This document shows, piece by piece, positions 59,804 to 64,000 of a stretch of DNA of 64,000 bases (the stretch's first letter is position 1; each line of letters begins with the position of its first letter). Source of the stretch: a virus. The stretch is from IMG/VR virus record IMGVR_UViG_3300008267_000013, positions 23,793-87,792 of that record; one strand, 5' to 3'. The notes beneath the pieces are model-generated. The model was not told the DNA's origin, searched no databases, and saw only the letters and a program-made list of their open reading frames with translations. Both the position numbers and the translations under genes were made by a program.

Positions 59804-60355
59804 ATGACTGATAATTCTGAAATCCAGGGCCTTAATGTCAGTGACAAGTACAAGTTTGATCGTCTAACTCGCTGGACAAAGGATCTTATCAAGAAGGATC
59901 TCCAGCAAAACGCATTTCCATATGCTGTATGTATGGAAAACTGGGCCGGTGACTTTAATTTAAGTAGCTGCATAAGGGCAGTAAATGCTCTTGGTGGTTC
60001 TGAAATGTATTATCTTGGTAGGAAGCATTATGATAAACGCGGAGCGGTAGGCACATATAACTATACGCAGGTGTCGCATCTTTCTACAAGAGAAGAACTT
60101 TTAAGGTTAAAAGAAAAATATGTACTTGTTGGACTTGAAAATACAGTTTCGAATCCACAATCACTTTATGATTACACATGGGATAAAAATTCTTTAATTA
60201 TCGCTGGTGAGGAGGGTATTGGCATTACACCGGAAACTCTAGAATTATGTGATAAGTTTGTTTATATTCCTCAATACGGCTCAGTGAGAAGTATGAATGC
60301 AGCTGCGGCAGTAAGTATTGCTTTATATGATTACACATCAAAATTTAAAAAATAA
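59804..60355 (+). CDS. SpoU/TrmH-family RNA 2'-O-methyltransferase
   Basis: FNLSSCIRAVNALG, GEEGIGI, IPQYGSVRSMNAAAA. Confidence 0.92.
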   Translation: MTDNSEIQGLNVSDKYKFDRLTRWTKDLIKKDLQQNAFPYAVCMENWAGDFNLSSCIRAVNALGGSEMYYLGRKHYDKRGAVGTYNYTQVSHLSTREELLRLKEKYVLVGLENTVSNPQSLYDYTWDKNSLIIAGEEGIGITPETLELCDKFVYIPQYGSVRSMNAAAAVSIALYDYTSKFKK

Positions 60356-60388
60356 TGATGTGTTCCAAAAGTACCAACTAATTATTTT

Positions 60389-61306
60389 ATGGAAAATAAA
60401 ATAAAATGTGTTAAATGTAAATTAGAAAAAGAAAGTGCTTCATATACTTTAAACACTGGGGATAGATATTCAAAAACTTGTTTAGAGTGCAGAAAAAAAT
60501 TAAATAAAGAAAAATATCTTAGAAGAAAAAAAACTTTATCTATAAAAGATAAAATTATAAAATATGAAGCTTATTATGATGAAAACAATGTTTTAATAGC
60601 ACAAAAATGTGCTAAATGTTTTTTAATTAAAAGCTTAGATAATTATTTTAAAAATAAATCAAGAAAAACAGGTTTTGATAAATATTGTAAAGATTGCCGC
60701 CATACCAGTAGAGTCAATCGTTCTGAAGAAAAAGCAAAAATAGAAAGACAAAAAAATAATGAAAGATATCATAAAAACAAAGAAAAAATAAATAAAGACA
60801 TAAAAAATAAAAGAAAAAACGACAAAAAATATATAGAAAAATACCTATCTTATAAAAAAAAATATTACTCTAAGGAAGAAAATAAAATTAGACGAAGACT
60901 TAAATATAAACAATATCATAAAAACAAACAAAAAAATGATCCTTGTTATAGAATGATGTTTGTTATGCGAACTAGATTGCGCAATGAAATAAAAAAATCA
61001 CTAGGTAAAAAAACTAAAAAGTTTAGTGAATTTTTAGGAATCGACTATGTTTCTTTTAAACAATATATAGAAAAACAATTTACGGAGCATATGAGTTGGG
61101 ATAATTATGGTACTTATTGGGTAATAGACCACATAAAACCGTGTTGTTCATATGATTTAACAATTGTCGAACAACAACAAGAATGTTTTAATTATAAAAA
61201 TTTGCGGCCTTTAGAAACAAAAGAAAATTTAATAAAGGCAGGCGAAGATAGAAAATTATCAATTAAAACAAACAAAAAAATATGTTATCCACCTAAAGAC
61301 GCGTGA
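60389..61306 (+). CDS. HNH endonuclease with Zn-finger and Lys-rich N-terminus
   Basis: MSWDNYGTYWVIDHIKP...NLRPLETKENLIK. Confidence 0.9.
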   Translation: MENKIKCVKCKLEKESASYTLNTGDRYSKTCLECRKKLNKEKYLRRKKTLSIKDKIIKYEAYYDENNVLIAQKCAKCFLIKSLDNYFKNKSRKTGFDKYCKDCRHTSRVNRSEEKAKIERQKNNERYHKNKEKINKDIKNKRKNDKKYIEKYLSYKKKYYSKEENKIRRRLKYKQYHKNKQKNDPCYRMMFVMRTRLRNEIKKSLGKKTKKFSEFLGIDYVSFKQYIEKQFTEHMSWDNYGTYWVIDHIKPCCSYDLTIVEQQQECFNYKNLRPLETKENLIKAGEDRKLSIKTNKKICYPPKDA

Positions 61307-61586
61307 CCAGTTGCTCAAGCTTAGGGAGGAATACGAGCTTGTGGCTATTGAAAATACTGTGCCGTCTGCTGTTGCTCTGGCTAACGCTGAATATAAGCGT
61401 CCTCCTCTATTTATATTGGGCGAAGAGGGTGTCGGAATCACTCCAGAAACCCTTGAACTTTGTGAAAAGTTTGTATATATTCCTCAGTGGGGAAGTGTTC
61501 GTAGTCTCAATGCTGCTGTGGCTGGCAGTATCATTATGAATGATTTTGTGACTAATCATGCGCATAAATTTTCAAATAAGAATTAA
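61284..61586 (+). pseudogene. Displaced C-terminal half of the SpoU methyltransferase
   Basis: VIHLKTRDQLLKL...GEEGVGITPETLELCEKFVYIPQWGSVRSLN parallels the intact copy; N-terminal half absent. Confidence 0.85.
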
Positions 61587-61667
61587 AAGTTTATACTACA
61601 TATTGTAAGATGAAGGCACCGGATAAGATTCATCGGTGCCTTTTTTCTTATCAAAGGAACCATTTAA

Positions 61668-62993
61668 ATGGCTAAAAAAACCGGCAAGAAGATCTACGTT
61701 ATAGATACTAACGTATTTCTAAGTGATTTTAATGCTGTATATGCTTTTAAGGATAACGATATTGTTGTTCCTATAAAAGTTCTTGAAGAAATTGATAAGC
61801 ACAAAAAGCGCCAAGATGGTGTTGGTGCTAATGCGCGTCAAGTTATTCGCGTATTTGATGCTTTAAGAGAAAAGGGTGAGCTAACTGCAGGTGTTAAAAT
61901 TAGTGGCAAGAAAGGGACTTTAACCGTTAAAGGCTACGGCCCCGTAAGTCCATTACCAAGTGAAATGTCAATACAAGACCCTGATAATCAAATACTTGCA
62001 ACCGTTAAAACTGTAATAGCTGATAGTCCGGAAGCAAAAGTTATTCTCGTATCTCAAGATATTAATATGAGAGTTAAGGCTGGTGCTCTTGGAATTACAG
62101 CCGAAGATTATACAACAAATCAAATTGTTGAAAAGATGGAAGAAATCTATACTGGATTTACTTCTTATCTTGTCGATGATCATTTAATTGATCGTTTCTA
62201 TGCTAACGAACGTATATTTGTAGACATAAAAGATATATCCCTACAACCAAATCAATATGTAATGTTAGTTTCAAATGCTAACGAAAAGAAAACAGCACTA
62301 TCTAGATTCAGAAACTACAATCATCCACTCTCAAAAGTAAGAGAATATCGTGATGGTATCTGGGATATTCGCGCTAAAAATAAAGAACAACAATTTGCTT
62401 TTGATCTATTAATGGACCCAGAGATAAAGATTGTTTCGCTTGTAGGTCTTGCTGGTTGTGGAAAAACTCTAATAGCCCTTGCTGCCGCACTAGAACAAAC
62501 TATAGCAGCAGAAATTTATAAGAAAATTATTGTTTCGCGACCCGTAGAGCCAATGGGACGCGATATTGGATTCCTACCTGGCACTCTAGAAGAAAAAATG
62601 GCACCTTGGGTTGCTCCAATTCAAGACAATCTTGAGTTCCTTATGGGTGACGACAAAGAGCATCTAAAAATGCTACAAGAAAAAGGAACTATTGAAGTTG
62701 AAGCACTAACATTTATTCGTGGTCGTTCTATTTCAAAAGCTTTTATTATAATTGATGAAGCACAAAACTTAACAATGCATGAACTAAAAACAATCATCAC
62801 TCGCGTTGGTGAAGATACAAAAATTGTTCTAACTGGTGATATTGCTCAAATTGATAATCATTTTCTAGATGCCACCAATAATGGTCTAACTTATGCTGTA
62901 GAAAAGTTTAAACCATTTGAATTAGCTGGTCATGTAACCTTGCAAAAAGGTGAAAGATCTGCGGTTGCCAGTCTGGCTGCTAATGTTCTTTAA
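61668..62993 (+). CDS. phoH: PIN-PhoH (PhoH2-type) protein
   Basis: VIDTNV PIN domain; GLAGCGKT, IGFLPG, FIRGRS, IDEAQN, TGDIAQID. Confidence 0.95.
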   Translation: MAKKTGKKIYVIDTNVFLSDFNAVYAFKDNDIVVPIKVLEEIDKHKKRQDGVGANARQVIRVFDALREKGELTAGVKISGKKGTLTVKGYGPVSPLPSEMSIQDPDNQILATVKTVIADSPEAKVILVSQDINMRVKAGALGITAEDYTTNQIVEKMEEIYTGFTSYLVDDHLIDRFYANERIFVDIKDISLQPNQYVMLVSNANEKKTALSRFRNYNHPLSKVREYRDGIWDIRAKNKEQQFAFDLLMDPEIKIVSLVGLAGCGKTLIALAAALEQTIAAEIYKKIIVSRPVEPMGRDIGFLPGTLEEKMAPWVAPIQDNLEFLMGDDKEHLKMLQEKGTIEVEALTFIRGRSISKAFIIIDEAQNLTMHELKTIITRVGEDTKIVLTGDIAQIDNHFLDATNNGLTYAVEKFKPFELAGHVTLQKGERSAVASLAANVL

Positions 62994-63042
62994 GTTGCTT
63001 TTTCAAATTTTCAACACTATGTAATGTAGTGGAGGAAATAAA

Positions 63043-63654
63043 ATGATTAAAAAAATAACAAAAGAAGGAACATGGAAAGAAAAAAGAGTATTGGTAGAAT
63101 GTGAAATATGTCACAAAGAAAGAGAAGTTGCCTATAGAGTAGCAGTAGATAAGAGCAATCTAATTCATAGATGTATTTCTTGTGCAACAATTAATACACA
63201 GACAGGCCTGAAAAGATCAGAAGAAACTAAAAAAAATATAAGTAGAGCTCTTAGAAAAATAAATAATGGTGGAATTAGATATAATCAATCTGGTGGTTAT
63301 AAACAAATATTAGTCGATAATGATCATCCAAGAAAAAAAGATAGAAAAGGCGGTAGCTACATTTTTGAGCATATATTGACTATGGAGCAAAAAGTAGGAA
63401 GATTTCTTGAAAAGCATGAAATAGTACACCATATAGACAAAGATAAACAAAATAATAACATAGAAAATTTACACTTATTTTCTGGAAACAACAATAAAGA
63501 ATCATCACAAATGCATAACGCAGCACATGAAAGTTTAGAACAAGTAGGTATTGAATTATATAAACTTGGTCTAGTTAAATTCGTAGATGGAAAGTACAAT
63601 CTACCAGAAGAAATCAAACAAGCAGTCGCTAGTCTAGCTGCCTCGGTACTCTAA
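63043..63654 (+). CDS. HNH homing endonuclease with C-terminus borrowed from old phoH end
   Basis: YIFEHIL...IVHHIDKDKQNNNIENL; ends AVASLAASVL. Confidence 0.9.
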   Translation: MIKKITKEGTWKEKRVLVECEICHKEREVAYRVAVDKSNLIHRCISCATINTQTGLKRSEETKKNISRALRKINNGGIRYNQSGGYKQILVDNDHPRKKDRKGGSYIFEHILTMEQKVGRFLEKHEIVHHIDKDKQNNNIENLHLFSGNNNKESSQMHNAAHESLEQVGIELYKLGLVKFVDGKYNLPEEIKQAVASLAASVL

Positions 63655-64000
63655 TGAAGCAATATATAATTGAATCAGCATCAAAAGCGCAAAATTCTCA
63701 AAAAGAATTTACTCTTTTTAAAAGAATTACCGTACAGGTAACAGATCCACTACCAGATGGTATTAATTTAAAAAAAATATTAAAGGATGTAGAAAGAAAT
63801 ATTCCTGAACATGTAGTTTCTGATGTTGATTCGATTTATATTGGAAATTATAAAATGCTGCAAGACCGACAGGCTGATTCCATATATGTTAATGGATCAA
63901 TACTTATAACCAACAATCAGCCAAGCGAAATAGAATTATATAGTACTTTTATACACGAAATCGGACACGCAGCTACTGAAATAGCCAAAGATTTTATATA
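63654..64000 (+). CDS. HExxH metallopeptidase-like protein, truncated by window end
   Basis: Open frame MKQYIIES...FIHEIGHAA. Confidence 0.6.
   Translation, partial: MKQYIIESASKAQNSQKEFTLFKRITVQVTDPLPDGINLKKILKDVERNIPEHVVSDVDSIYIGNYKMLQDRQADSIYVNGSILITNNQPSEIELYSTFIHEIGHAATEIAKDFI

Overview
A 64-kb slice of a large lytic dsDNA bacteriophage genome (standard genetic code, dense small ORFs, no rRNA, no major structural module in this window). It falls into four parts. (1) 1-27 kb, AT-rich + strand: replication, metabolism and proteostasis genes (thyX 3' part, family-C DNA polymerase, dUTPase, ClpP-like protease, GroEL-like chaperonin, Hsp20, an Ate/Bpt-like aminoacyl-tRNA-protein transferase, GH19 endolysin) and a ~320-nt structured ncRNA candidate. 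(2) 27.8-33.5 kb: a tandem array of 24 small paralogues that begin with xGD[IVL] and mostly end in K/R-V-A. (3) 34.7-49.7 kb: a visibly GC-richer, mostly minus-strand early-like island cut into cassettes by 13 copies of a fixed-geometry dyad (A-tract, 36-bp core centred on GGGGCT|AGCCCC, T-tract) phased with sigma70 promoters. It holds a MoxR-like ATPase/VWA-peptidase pair, four tRNAs (two with group I introns) and a DUF1566/Lcl gene plus a second repeat that together show a DGR-type mutation signature. (4) 50-64 kb, + strand: DnaQ-like exonuclease, second ClpP, more tRNAs (one with a group I intron), SpoU methyltransferase and PIN-PhoH. Four freestanding HNH endonuclease genes each sit between a replacement copy and a displaced remnant of their target gene or tRNA. 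All calls come from motif reading and by-eye alignment; no database searches or folding programs were run.
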